Of a stretch of 33,532 bases of DNA, positions 1 to 8,048 are shown in pieces; the first letter of the stretch is position 1; each line of letters starts with the position of its first letter. The position numbers were made by a program, and so were the translations under genes. The notes below the pieces were generated by a model that saw only the letters and a list, made by a program, of their open reading frames with translations, was not told the origin of the DNA and made no database searches. The DNA is from Acidobacteriota bacterium (lineage in GTDB: Bacteria; Acidobacteriota; UBA6911; RPQK01; JADFOI01). Where the stretch lies: contig JACZQQ010000001.1 in the NCBI GenBank assembly GCA_022545645.1, positions 1 through 33,532 of the forward strand, written 5' to 3'.

Positions 1-258
1 ATTATTCGAATATCGGCCGCGGCATGGGCTGAGATTGTTTTCTCTTTTCTAGCCGCCTATGCAGCCCAGTCGGATCGCAATCAACAACTGGGGATTGTCG
101 AGGCCCTCAAGCCTCTTTATTTCGCCAGAACGGTTTCCTTCATCTGGGAGACACTGGAACTCGACCATGTGGACTCAGAGAGAGAACTGCTCCAGCAGGC
201 CCAAACCTTCTGGGAGCGGCGCTCCACACTGATGGATAGCCAGGTGGCGGTGGCATAA
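1..258 (+). CDS. 3' end of a CDS entering from upstream of the window (85 codons, ...QAQTFWERRSTLMDSQVAVA*); product unknown
   Basis: Frame +1 is open from nt 1 to TAA at 256-258. It is absent from the ORF track only because no start lies in the window. I recognise no motif. Confidence 0.5.
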   Translation: MIRISAAAWAEIVFSFLAAYAAQSDRNQQLGIVEALKPLYFARTVSFIWETLELDHVDSERELLQQAQTFWERRSTLMDSQVAVA

Positions 259-276
259 AGATAGCGAATTAGAGTT

Positions 277-558
277 CTACAGCTCCGAAACGAAGCCCGA
301 AAAACATTCGTAGGGGCCAAGAACGTGTTTGCGCAGCCCGTTTCTGAAGGCCACCGGGTCGACCTCAAGCCGCTGGCACCAGAAGGAAAAGTCGGACTCG
401 TCCTTAAGAAGAAAATGGAGTGCGGTGCGTCGGTTATTCGGGTGAGATGCTTTTAAATCCTCAAGGGCAATGCGAAAGACCGCAGCCGCCAGTTTCCGGT
501 GGTTAGTTTCAAAACGAACCTGTCCTCCCTCCAAGGGGATTGCCGTGCCTTGTGCCAT
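277..558 (-). CDS. hypothetical small protein (93 aa, MAQGTAIPLEGGQVRFETNHRK...)
   Basis: ORF 277..573. I prefer the ATG at 558 because GGAGG lies 7 nt upstream (minus-strand gattGAGGAGGgacaagATG). It converges on the partial CDS at 1..258. No family recognised. Confidence 0.5.
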   Translation of the reverse strand: MAQGTAIPLEGGQVRFETNHRKLAAAVFRIALEDLKASHPNNRRTALHFLLKDESDFSFWCQRLEVDPVAFRNGLRKHVLGPYECFSGFVSEL

Positions 559-761
559 CTTGTCCCTCCTCAATCGGGTTAAACCTATTTTCGCTCACGA
601 TCCCCGGTTTGAGAACTGTTAAAAGTACCAGTTCTCATGGAAATGATTAACAGGGCGTAAATTGCTTGTCGACATCTACAACGAGGGGGGGGAGGACTGT
701 TATACTGGCTCCCTCGCTTCTTCTCGATCTTGGCTAACTCACCAAGATCAGCGGCCTCTTT

Positions 762-1016
762 TTGACCGTTCTCATCACCCTTGAGTTATTTGGAATCTTG
801 GAAGTGATGCTGCTTGAAAACACCGTTCATGTGGAATTCGTGGTGGCTGTTGCCCTCATTGCCGCTGCCCGGGAGGTCCTGGTTGTGGAATTCCCTTCGG
901 TGGCTCCGCTGAAGCTGGTGGGCCTGGCTGCCCTGATCCTTGCCCTGGGAGCGGGCTACTACTTGATCAAGAGAGCCGGCCCTCCCGGAGCGGATTCATC
1001 CAAGGTCCCAGACTAG
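762..1016 (+). CDS. small integral membrane protein (84 aa, 2-3 TM segments); possibly PsiE-like, family uncertain
   Basis: TTG start. An in-frame TAA at 735-737 limits extension upstream. Strongly hydrophobic (VEFVVAVALIAAAREVLVVEF...LVGLAALILALGAGYYLIKR). The PsiE resemblance is from memory only. Confidence 0.45.
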   Translation: MTVLITLELFGILEVMLLENTVHVEFVVAVALIAAAREVLVVEFPSVAPLKLVGLAALILALGAGYYLIKRAGPPGADSSKVPD

Positions 1017-1017
1017 G

Positions 1018-1170
1018 GACACTGTCTCAAAAGTCGGTGGGCCCAGGTTTCTTGTGTAGGGGCGCACGGCCGTGCGCCCTATCAGCCGTTGTTAAAGGCA
1101 GGGTTTGTGGGCGCACAGCCGTGCGCCCCTACAGGCCTTAATCAAAATCAAGTGGGGTTTTGAGACAGTC
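1018..1170. repeat. nested REP/BIME-like inverted-repeat cluster between convergent genes
   Basis: Outer 12-bp perfect inverted repeat: ACTGTCTCAAAA (1021-1032) / TTTTGAGACAGT (1158-1169). Inside are two inversely oriented copies of TGTAGGGGCGCAC(G/A)GCCGTGCGCCC. Each copy is itself a 20-nt palindrome (1060-1079 perfect; 1109-1128 with one mismatch). Confidence 0.8.
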
Positions 1171-1385
1171 TCTAGACCCCCCCCAAGAGAGTTAGCCCTT
1201 CTCGGTGGGCGACCGGGCTTCATTGAGCAGCTTTTCGGTTCCCACACCCCAATTCAAGAAGGGTTCGAGTGCGCCAGGCATAGGAGTTTCCACTTTTTGT
1301 ACTCGTTCGCGAGAGACAATCTGTATCGTTCCCAGAGTGGGAGTCGGGGCGATCGGAAACAATGCGGGCTCATACTCTTGGCCGG

Positions 1386-2231
1386 CTAGCCCTCGGTTGT
1401 GGCAAAACGGTCGCGCATTGAAGTCAACGTTCGTTTCATGGACTCTCGTGCCACTCCACTGATGATGGGTTTTACGAAGGGTGCCAGAATGGCCGGGACT
1501 CCCCGGCTGAGAGTCAATGATTCGCACTCCACCAGGACCCCTCCATCAACCTGTTGGTACCGCCAATAGGAATTCAATTTCCACAGGAATCCACGGTCCT
1601 TTCCTTCCGGCTTTTCCCTCTCAGCAGGGGTTCCGGCCTGATCCAACTCGACAATTCTGGTGGCGATGCTTCGACTCGAGGCCAGACCCTCACCGTGCCG
1701 CTGATATTCGATGAGGTGTTCCGTATTGTAGGTCACCGTCACGATCTTCGAACGCACCAATTTCAGGTAGAGGCGCAGGGAGTCATCGCTTTCTTCCAGT
1801 ATTCTGGACTCCAGGACATCCTTCTGAAGGTCTTCCTGCTGGGCGGGATAACGGACTTGGGCCAGAACACTCTCCAGCTCGACATCGGGAATGAACACGC
1901 TTCCCCGCCAGTGATGAATGGTACCTGCGGGTACCTTGATCTTGCGACCTCTTGGATTGAGGGTCTTCATCTTCTCCACCAGGATCTGGCCTGAAAGTGC
2001 GGCATCACGCTCCATTTGTGCTTTGGGAACCGCCTGAAAGTCCTGAGCCAAAAAGCCTGTTGAGGAGTTCAGTTCCTCTTTGATTCGTTCTTCGGTGAGA
2101 CGAACATACTCATTCCAGGCCTTAAGAGTCTTCTCTTGAAGCTTGGCCGCCATCACCGGGGAGCCGGCCATCCCCATGGTTATTACGATCAATAGCAACC
2201 CGATTTGATAGATCTTTTTCTTGGTCATCAT
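1386..2231 (-). CDS. secreted/periplasmic protein of unknown function (281 aa, N-terminal signal peptide)
   Basis: ORF 1386..2288 trimmed to the ATGATG at 2231/2228, with GGAGG 6 nt upstream (gcaAGGAGGaaaagATGATG). The N-terminus MMTKKKIYQIGLLLIVITMGMAGSPVMAAK is signal-peptide-like. It starts 17 nt after the GtrA stop. A START/SRPBCC-like fold is only a guess. Confidence 0.7.
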   Translation of the reverse strand: MMTKKKIYQIGLLLIVITMGMAGSPVMAAKLQEKTLKAWNEYVRLTEERIKEELNSSTGFLAQDFQAVPKAQMERDAALSGQILVEKMKTLNPRGRKIKVPAGTIHHWRGSVFIPDVELESVLAQVRYPAQQEDLQKDVLESRILEESDDSLRLYLKLVRSKIVTVTYNTEHLIEYQRHGEGLASSRSIATRIVELDQAGTPAEREKPEGKDRGFLWKLNSYWRYQQVDGGVLVECESLTLSRGVPAILAPFVKPIISGVARESMKRTLTSMRDRFATTEG

Positions 2232-2247
2232 CTTTTCCTCCTTGCTT

Positions 2248-2706
2248 TTACATGGTCTCTCGAAACACCAGCCGGTCACTGGCCACAAAATTCAAAACCG
2301 AGCAACAGGCAATGGCGATCAGATTGGCCGACAGATAGTGGATCTCCAGCCTCCCCACCAGCAGTTCCATGAACAACAGGTTTTCCCCGATGGACAGGGC
2401 TCCGATGGTGAGGTTGAATCGGAGTAATCGAGCCCACATGCTGGAGTCATGGCTTGCCGTTCGGTCCCTCCAGGTCCATCGTTCGTGCCACACAAAGTTG
2501 TGCAGAACCGCCGCCTGCACGGCCAGCGCCGTGGCGGGCAGATAGTCCATTTGGGACCAGTCGCGCAGCATAACGAGAGTTGTGATCTGGACCCCGACAC
2601 CCATGATCCCCACCACATTAAAGGTGGCCCAGCGCCGCAACACACGGCCCAATGGGCCCTGCCAGATGGGGACTCCGGATGAGGGTGTGGAAAAATTTAT
2701 CTTCAT
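2248..2706 (-). CDS. GtrA-family membrane protein
   Basis: 152 aa with 4 TM segments. Shows the typical GtrA pattern (RWATFNVVGIMGVGVQ..., HNFVWHERWTW, LNFVASDRLVF). The ATGA start overlaps the stop of the upstream gene. Confidence 0.75.
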   Translation of the reverse strand: MKINFSTPSSGVPIWQGPLGRVLRRWATFNVVGIMGVGVQITTLVMLRDWSQMDYLPATALAVQAAVLHNFVWHERWTWRDRTASHDSSMWARLLRFNLTIGALSIGENLLFMELLVGRLEIHYLSANLIAIACCSVLNFVASDRLVFRETM

Positions 2707-3377
2707 GACAGCGGCTCGGCTTGATATAGAGTTCGTGTATTGCGAATAGCCGAGACGGTCAGGGCTACCCCAAGACCGACAATCCCACAGACGCCTGCCA
2801 CGTCAAACAGATGGAAAGCACCCAGGCTCCCCAGCTTGACCACCGGCTTGTAGAGAAGATAGAGGGTGCCTATGGACAAAAGGATGCGCAGTTCCGTCCC
2901 CCCGATGGGCCCGAAGGAGATGCGAAACACTCCCAGAGAATAAGTGGCCAGAAAAATTTCAGCGGTGACCATCATGTATCCGACCAGTAATCCCAGCCCA
3001 ACCAGGGGCGTCATGTAGCCGGAGGTTGCCAGTCCGCCGATGAGAAACAAGGCTCCTACGATGTCGATGACGTGATCGACGTAGTAACCGTAGCGCGGTC
3101 TTTGCCGGTTGCGCACCCTGGCCAGGGTGCCATCCAGGCTGTCGCCGAACCAGTTGAGGCCCAGCGCCACCACCACCAGAAACAGGGCCCGCTCATCCCA
3201 CTGAGCGGCCCAGTAGGAGAGGCCTGCCATCAGCATGGCGAAAAGCCCCAACAGCGTCAGCTGATCCGACGTGACCCACTGTGGGAGTCTTTCTGCCAGC
3301 CAGATGAGCACTCTTTTCTCAATATTGGCGGTTATGCCCAGTTCACGAGTGTGTTCGGATATCGTTTTCGTTTTCAT
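2703..3377 (-). CDS. CDP-alcohol phosphatidyltransferase family protein
   Basis: GDSLDGTLARVRNRQRPRYGYYVDHVID fits the signature D-x2-D-G-x2-A-R-x(8-9)-G-x3-D-x3-D. Polytopic membrane protein. RBS GAGGAGG lies upstream of the ATG. Confidence 0.85.
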   Translation of the reverse strand: MKTKTISEHTRELGITANIEKRVLIWLAERLPQWVTSDQLTLLGLFAMLMAGLSYWAAQWDERALFLVVVALGLNWFGDSLDGTLARVRNRQRPRYGYYVDHVIDIVGALFLIGGLATSGYMTPLVGLGLLVGYMMVTAEIFLATYSLGVFRISFGPIGGTELRILLSIGTLYLLYKPVVKLGSLGAFHLFDVAGVCGIVGLGVALTVSAIRNTRTLYQAEPLS

Positions 3378-3507
3378 AGTTCCTCCTCGGCGCGGTTAGA
3401 GAACCGTTCCCCACGAGTGGGTCCCCATTGAGCGCCTTTCATAGGGTTAATGCGAGAAGTGGAGAAGAAACGGCTCACACAATCGGTGAAAATGGAAAAA
3501 AACCGGC

Positions 3508-5019
3508 TTATCTAGGTTCTTTGGGTGGAGAGAAACGGGCTCGAGTGGTAGCGGGCTCCACGATGAGAAAAACCACCACGTAACCCATGGCGATGCCCGC
3601 CAGGAATGCCGCCAGAAACTGGTGATCGAAAGCCAGGGCAAAGGCACCCAGTAACAGCAGCGCTGCAAACAGTCCATCGATGCGACGAAGCCAGGGAGCA
3701 GCACGACCTAGTTCCGAGTGGATGAAGATGGAGTTGAACCGTGCGGTAAATAACAGATGGGTTCGCAAGGTGCCGTTGACCGCCGCGCAGCCGAACACAC
3801 CGAAGAAAACCAACAGCGTCCAAACGTCCGAGGTCCATTCTTTGACCTGCCACAGCGCCCAGACCATCGACCCATAAAGTGCCAGGACCAGGACCTGGTG
3901 AATCACCCACCAGAGGGAGTGGAGACTCGGTTGGGAGGATGACTTGTCCCGACTGTGTTGAACCGCTGTCTTATCCTCGCTCAGGTCGCTCTTGATCTCG
4001 GTACGGGCCCGTTCCAGATCCTCGAGCAGTGTTGGTGTTGATGGATACCGTTGTTCCGGGTCCTTGGGCAGGCATCTTTCAACGATTCGGTCCAACTGCA
4101 CAGGGCTGGTGGTGAACTGGGACAGCGGCACCGGCTCACTTTCCAGGATCTTGGCGATCGTGGAGATGGGTGTTTCTCCCCTAAAAGGATTCGAGCCGCT
4201 TGCCAACTCATAGAACAAGATGCCGAAGGTGAAGATGTCGCATCTAAAATCAACGGTCTTACCCTTCAGCTGTTCCGGCGCCATATAGGAGGGTGTGCCC
4301 AGAAGAGTTCCGGGCTCGGTCAAGGGTTCTTCGCGCAAGTCCATTTCGGGAGCAATAGCCACTCCAAAGTCCAAAATCTTGAGCTGACCCTTCTTGTTTC
4401 TCATGATGTTTTCAGGCTTGAGATCACGGTGGATGACCCCCTCTGCATGAGCTGCCACCAAGCCCTGGACAACTTCGATGGCCAGATCGAGCAGAGCGTC
4501 CGGCGAAAGCGGGCCCTGCTGGAGCTCGGATCGGAGATTTTCCCCTTCCACATACTCACTGGCGATGTAGAGGTGTCCTTCAGATTCTTCAAGCGCATAC
4601 ACGGTTGCGATAGCCGGATGGGACAGGGAGGCCGCAATCCTTGCTTCCGACCGCAACCGCTCTTTTTGCTTGGGGTCGGCAACAATATGCGGTGCCAGCG
4701 CTTTTAGAGCCACTCGCCGGTGGAGCCGGGTATCCTCGGCCAGGTAAACCACGCCCATCCCGCCACGCCCAAGTTCCCGCTCAATCCGATAGACACCAAT
4801 GAGGTCTCCAGCCTCCAATGTGCTGGGTTCAGACTCCAAGGACGGAATTTCCAGGAAGTTGTCATCTTTTTCATGCTCGGCCAACAGGGAGACCAGTTCT
4901 TGAAAGAGAACTTCATCGCCCTGGCAGGCCTGATCGAGAAAGGCCTCTCGATCGGCGGGTTTCTGCTCCAGAGCGGCTTGGAACAGTTCCTTGATGCGCT
5001 CGAACTGGTTCGATTTCAC
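3508..5019 (-). CDS. Ser/Thr protein kinase with a C-terminal polytopic membrane domain
   Basis: Hanks kinase motifs are present: GRGGMGVVY, VALK, HRDLKPENIM, DFG, SYMAPE. There are 4-5 TM helices in the last ~150 aa. The GTG start overlaps the sigma-factor stop (GTGA at 5016-5019). Confidence 0.9.
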   Translation of the reverse strand: MKSNQFERIKELFQAALEQKPADREAFLDQACQGDEVLFQELVSLLAEHEKDDNFLEIPSLESEPSTLEAGDLIGVYRIERELGRGGMGVVYLAEDTRLHRRVALKALAPHIVADPKQKERLRSEARIAASLSHPAIATVYALEESEGHLYIASEYVEGENLRSELQQGPLSPDALLDLAIEVVQGLVAAHAEGVIHRDLKPENIMRNKKGQLKILDFGVAIAPEMDLREEPLTEPGTLLGTPSYMAPEQLKGKTVDFRCDIFTFGILFYELASGSNPFRGETPISTIAKILESEPVPLSQFTTSPVQLDRIVERCLPKDPEQRYPSTPTLLEDLERARTEIKSDLSEDKTAVQHSRDKSSSQPSLHSLWWVIHQVLVLALYGSMVWALWQVKEWTSDVWTLLVFFGVFGCAAVNGTLRTHLLFTARFNSIFIHSELGRAAPWLRRIDGLFAALLLLGAFALAFDHQFLAAFLAGIAMGYVVVFLIVEPATTRARFSPPKEPR

Positions 5020-5579
5020 GATGACATCTCACGGCGAAGCCAGGCTTTCGAGAGAGTCCAGCACCGTTTTACGGTGGCGGGGGAAATTCCCATGACCTCT
5101 GCTGTTTCTTCCACCGTCAGACCGGCAAAGAAACGCAGCTCAACCACTTCGGCCTGCTTGGGATCGAGGGCGGCAAGGGCCTTGAGTGCTTCGTCCAGTA
5201 CCAGAAGATCAACCACTTTCTGGTCTTGGCGCAGCATTTTATCCTCCAAAGTGACCGCTCTTTGCACACCTCCTCGTTTCTGAGCATGACGGGCCCGGGC
5301 CCGTTCGACCAAAATTTGCCGCATCGATCTTGCGGCAATGGCAAGGAAATGGGCACGATCCTTCCACTGCAACTTCCGGTCACCCAGCAGCCGCAGATAG
5401 GCTTCATGAACCAGTGCCGTGGTTTGCAAGGTCTGCCGGTTGCTTTCCCGCCGCATGTATTTCCTGGAGAGCTTGCGCAGTTCCTGGTATACAACGGGAA
5501 GCAGTTCGGAAAGGGCTTGCTCCTCCCCTGCAGTGGCCCGTTCCACCAGGCTGGTTATGACCTCGGGTGAAGGCCGCAC
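5016..5579 (-). CDS. ECF-type RNA polymerase sigma factor (TIGR02999 / Sigma70_ECF-like, the kinase-associated group)
   Basis: 187 aa. LVHEAYLRL (region 2) and EETAEVMGISPATVKRCW (region 4 HTH) are present. GTG start with AAGGAG 6 nt upstream. Translationally coupled to the kinase. Confidence 0.85.
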   Translation of the reverse strand: MRPSPEVITSLVERATAGEEQALSELLPVVYQELRKLSRKYMRRESNRQTLQTTALVHEAYLRLLGDRKLQWKDRAHFLAIAARSMRQILVERARARHAQKRGGVQRAVTLEDKMLRQDQKVVDLLVLDEALKALAALDPKQAEVVELRFFAGLTVEETAEVMGISPATVKRCWTLSKAWLRREMSS

Positions 5580-5655
5580 CGAAACTCCTTTCTCTCACAT
5601 GGAGTGAGTACCCGAATCCAATTTTCGGGCTCAGCTCTTTAAATGTAAAGGATGT

Positions 5656-5931
5656 TAGTGTCTCGTCCCAGGAATACCATGACATTTGTGGCGAGCGCAA
5701 CGGCGTCGAGTTCGCGAAGCAACGACGACGCGATGTCGTGTGCATCGCGGAGGAGGAGCGACAAAGAAATCGATGCTGTTCCGCCGCCACCCTTCGGGCT
5801 GATGGGGGTTGCGGGCAATCTCTGTGTCGCTCGTCGTCGCCGATGTCCCTGCATCGCCTTCTCCTCGCTCCTTGATCTCACCTCGCAAGACCCATCAGCA
5901 AATGTCATGGTAATCCTGGGACGGGACACTA
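5656..5931. repeat. 276-bp non-coding element bounded by 33-bp terminal inverted repeats (31/33 match); MITE-like, alternatively an invertible segment or a structured RNA
   Basis: Left arm TAGTGTCTCGTCCCAGGAATACCATGACATTTG (5656-5688). Reverse complement of the right arm (5899-5931) is TAGTGTCCCGTCCCAGGATTACCATGACATTTG. The core is GC-rich and has two similar local hairpins (GCGATG-n7-CATCGC at 5729-5747; CGATG-n6-CATCG at 5841-5856). No credible ORF. Confidence 0.6.
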
Positions 5932-5960
5932 GAGTATTGATGCATCATCCGGGCCAACCG

Positions 5961-8024
5961 TCACAATCTGGATTCTCCCACCTGCGGACCCGCTTGGGGA
6001 CGAGTCCGGTTGGCCACCAGCCATTCGGCCATGAAAACCGCCGCGCCCACCAGCAGAAAAAGCCACCACAACGATTGTTGTCGGTCCTTTTCCTGGACCG
6101 ATTGTTCGAATCCGATTTCTTCCACGCGGGCTTCAAGAGGAATGAAGACTGCCTGAAACTCCTCGATGGCCACCGCACTCAGGTCCGATTCAAGGGGTGG
6201 TGTGTTCACAGCCACCCAGTCGGTTTTTTTGTTGCTTCGTATTTCGTAGTGACCCGGCATCTTTAATTGAATAAAACCGGGCTTCTCCTCGTTGAGTCCA
6301 AGGACTCTTTGGCCCCTTGGATCGATCAAGGTCCAGGTGCCCGAGGTGCCCGAGGAGTCGCTGGATGAATCCACCGACAAAACTTGATTGATTTGAAGTG
6401 CCGCAGGAGTGCTCTGCCAGCGGCCAGCGTATTGAGCCATGCGGTACCAGAAGGGAACATAGGCGCTTCGAAGTGGGAAATCCGTCCAGACGGGATCCAA
6501 CGAAGAGGCAAAGACCAGTACCCTTCCCTCTCCCAAAGATTGTTCAACCAGAGCCGGATCCCCTTCGTTGAAGCGAGCTAAAATCGTGGCATCCGGTTTC
6601 GCAGTCAGCCGCCAATAGCTGTAAAACTGGGTGCTGGCGATGGCTGCTTTGTGCACATCCTGAAAAATCCGGAAGATGGGATGCTCCCAGTTGACCTGGG
6701 TAATGGAAGTGAAGGGTTTGCTTTCCTGGCGGACAAAGTTCCGCTCCTTCAATTCCACGGGAAGGAGCGTGGCCCATTGGCGATTGTAGGCCTCTGCCAG
6801 AACGCGGTTGCTCAGGACCACGATCAGGCCTCCTCCACTTTCAACGTAGGATTTGAAGAGGGAAAGTCTGGGCGGTTGACGCAGGTCATTGAGCACCACC
6901 AAAGGAGTGTCTAAAGAATCGATTTGCCCGGGGCCGGGAGAGACCGACATCTCGACGGCAAAGGGCAGGTTTTCTCCAGCGGAAAGAGCACTCTCGAGAT
7001 AAAAAGCCGAAGAAGCCTGTCGATCCTGAAGAACCAGGATGCGGCGAGGTGCTTGTTTCTCAACAACGAAGTAATAGACGTTATCTTCGGGAAGCTCATC
7101 GGTTGGCTCGATGACGATTTTTCCTCGCGAAACACCCTCTTCCAAATCGAAAGGTTTGAAGGTCAGATTCACCGCACCTTCGCTGCCCGTGTCAAAGGTC
7201 GTTCGATCGATCAGGTTTCCTTCCAAAAAGAGCTGGGCTTCGCCCTTTTTCGGTTGCTGGGGATTGCCTCTCACCCGAGCCAGGATCGTGTGCGGATACT
7301 GGTCGGTGAAAACGGCCCTCTCCACTCGGACTTCTTCAACGAAAAGATTGGGAGTCTCACGGCCCACGTTTTCGATTTCAACGGAAATGTCCCCCGGAAC
7401 TCGCCAACCCGCGCTGGCCGCCATTCCGGCCTGCTGCAGATCGGTGATCAGATAGATTTCCTTTTTGATGTTGCGGGCCGCCTCCAGTTGATCCACCGCA
7501 ACCCTCAGGGCTTCTAAGTAGGAAGTCGCTTCGAAGGAGGGGGTGGTGCGCTGTCGCAATATCTGTTGCAGCTGTTGGGGAGATTCTTCCCACTGGGAAA
7601 GAACCTCGGCGGATTCACCGAACTGGATGATTAAAGCCTCGTCGGCCTGGCTCAGAGATTGAATCTTATCCTCGGCTGCCTGCAGGGCCGTGTCCCAAAT
7701 GGGCTGGGGAGTCATGCTCAGAGAATGATCGATGAGGATCACAACCGAACGGGCCAGCAAAGGATTGATCTGGTTTAACCACGCACCGGTGATGACCGGG
7801 CGCCCAAAGGCAAGAACGAGAAGGAGAATGCCCAGGCAGCGCAGGAAAAGCAGGAAGAGGTGAGTCAGACGTCGCCGTCGCAGCTCCTTGAAGGGGATCT
7901 TACGTATGAACATCAGGGAGGCAAAAGGCGTGCGCTTGGTTCTCTCGCGGTGGACCAGATGTAAGAAAATGGGGACCCCGATGGCCAGAGCACCGATCAA
8001 AAATAATGGAGCTAGAAACTGCAT
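5961..8024 (-). CDS. BatA_N (aerotolerance-regulator N-terminal, double-TM) / vWA-like membrane protein with a C-terminal anchor
   Basis: The N-terminus MQFLAPLFLIGALAIGVPIFLHLVHRER...FASLMFI is the classic BatA_N / TIGR02226 start. A DxSxS MIDAS-like motif is present (LIDHSLSM). C-terminal TM segment is SLWWLFLLVGAAVFMAEWLV. Confidence 0.8.
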   Translation of the reverse strand: MQFLAPLFLIGALAIGVPIFLHLVHRERTKRTPFASLMFIRKIPFKELRRRRLTHLFLLFLRCLGILLLVLAFGRPVITGAWLNQINPLLARSVVILIDHSLSMTPQPIWDTALQAAEDKIQSLSQADEALIIQFGESAEVLSQWEESPQQLQQILRQRTTPSFEATSYLEALRVAVDQLEAARNIKKEIYLITDLQQAGMAASAGWRVPGDISVEIENVGRETPNLFVEEVRVERAVFTDQYPHTILARVRGNPQQPKKGEAQLFLEGNLIDRTTFDTGSEGAVNLTFKPFDLEEGVSRGKIVIEPTDELPEDNVYYFVVEKQAPRRILVLQDRQASSAFYLESALSAGENLPFAVEMSVSPGPGQIDSLDTPLVVLNDLRQPPRLSLFKSYVESGGGLIVVLSNRVLAEAYNRQWATLLPVELKERNFVRQESKPFTSITQVNWEHPIFRIFQDVHKAAIASTQFYSYWRLTAKPDATILARFNEGDPALVEQSLGEGRVLVFASSLDPVWTDFPLRSAYVPFWYRMAQYAGRWQSTPAALQINQVLSVDSSSDSSGTSGTWTLIDPRGQRVLGLNEEKPGFIQLKMPGHYEIRSNKKTDWVAVNTPPLESDLSAVAIEEFQAVFIPLEARVEEIGFEQSVQEKDRQQSLWWLFLLVGAAVFMAEWLVANRTRPQAGPQVGESRL

Positions 8025-8048
8025 AACGTTCAGCAGACGTTCCGCTTG

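Noticed and set aside
1018-1170. Possible CRISPR array, considered because of the repeated palindromic units here and at 10021-10120 and 30788-30998
   Set aside because: There are only 2-5 units and they are inverted or abutting. There are no regularly sized unique spacers and no cas genes. The pattern is typical of REP or simple-sequence repeats.
1171-1385. 215-nt unassigned stretch. A minus-strand frame (the tail of ORF 1192..1527) reads ...TIQIVSRERVQKVETPMPGALEPFLNWGVGTEKLLNEARSPTEKG*
   Set aside because: No start codon lies downstream of the neighbouring gene's stop except one giving a 29-aa peptide. There is no RBS and I recognise no family. It may be a gene remnant, but I cannot support that.
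3378-3507. Possible terminator after the kinase gene (GCCGGTTTTTTT on the minus strand)
   Set aside because: The U-tract is preceded by only a 4-bp stem, which is not convincing. I leave open whether the kinase and lipid genes are co-transcribed.
4051-4707. 218-aa plus-strand ORF, plus others (3992..4213, 4720..5283, 5226..5570) lying opposite the kinase and sigma genes
   Set aside because: These are antisense shadows of genes with unmistakable kinase and sigma motifs. Their composition is low-complexity and they have no RBS.
5567-6266. ORFs crossing the TIR element (5567..5875 +, 5652..6266 +, 5639..5929 -, 5655..5888 -)
   Set aside because: They are Arg/Ser/Cys-rich translations of GC-rich repeat sequence. 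There are mutually overlapping ORFs in four frames with no RBS. 5652..6266 also runs antisense into the batA-like gene.
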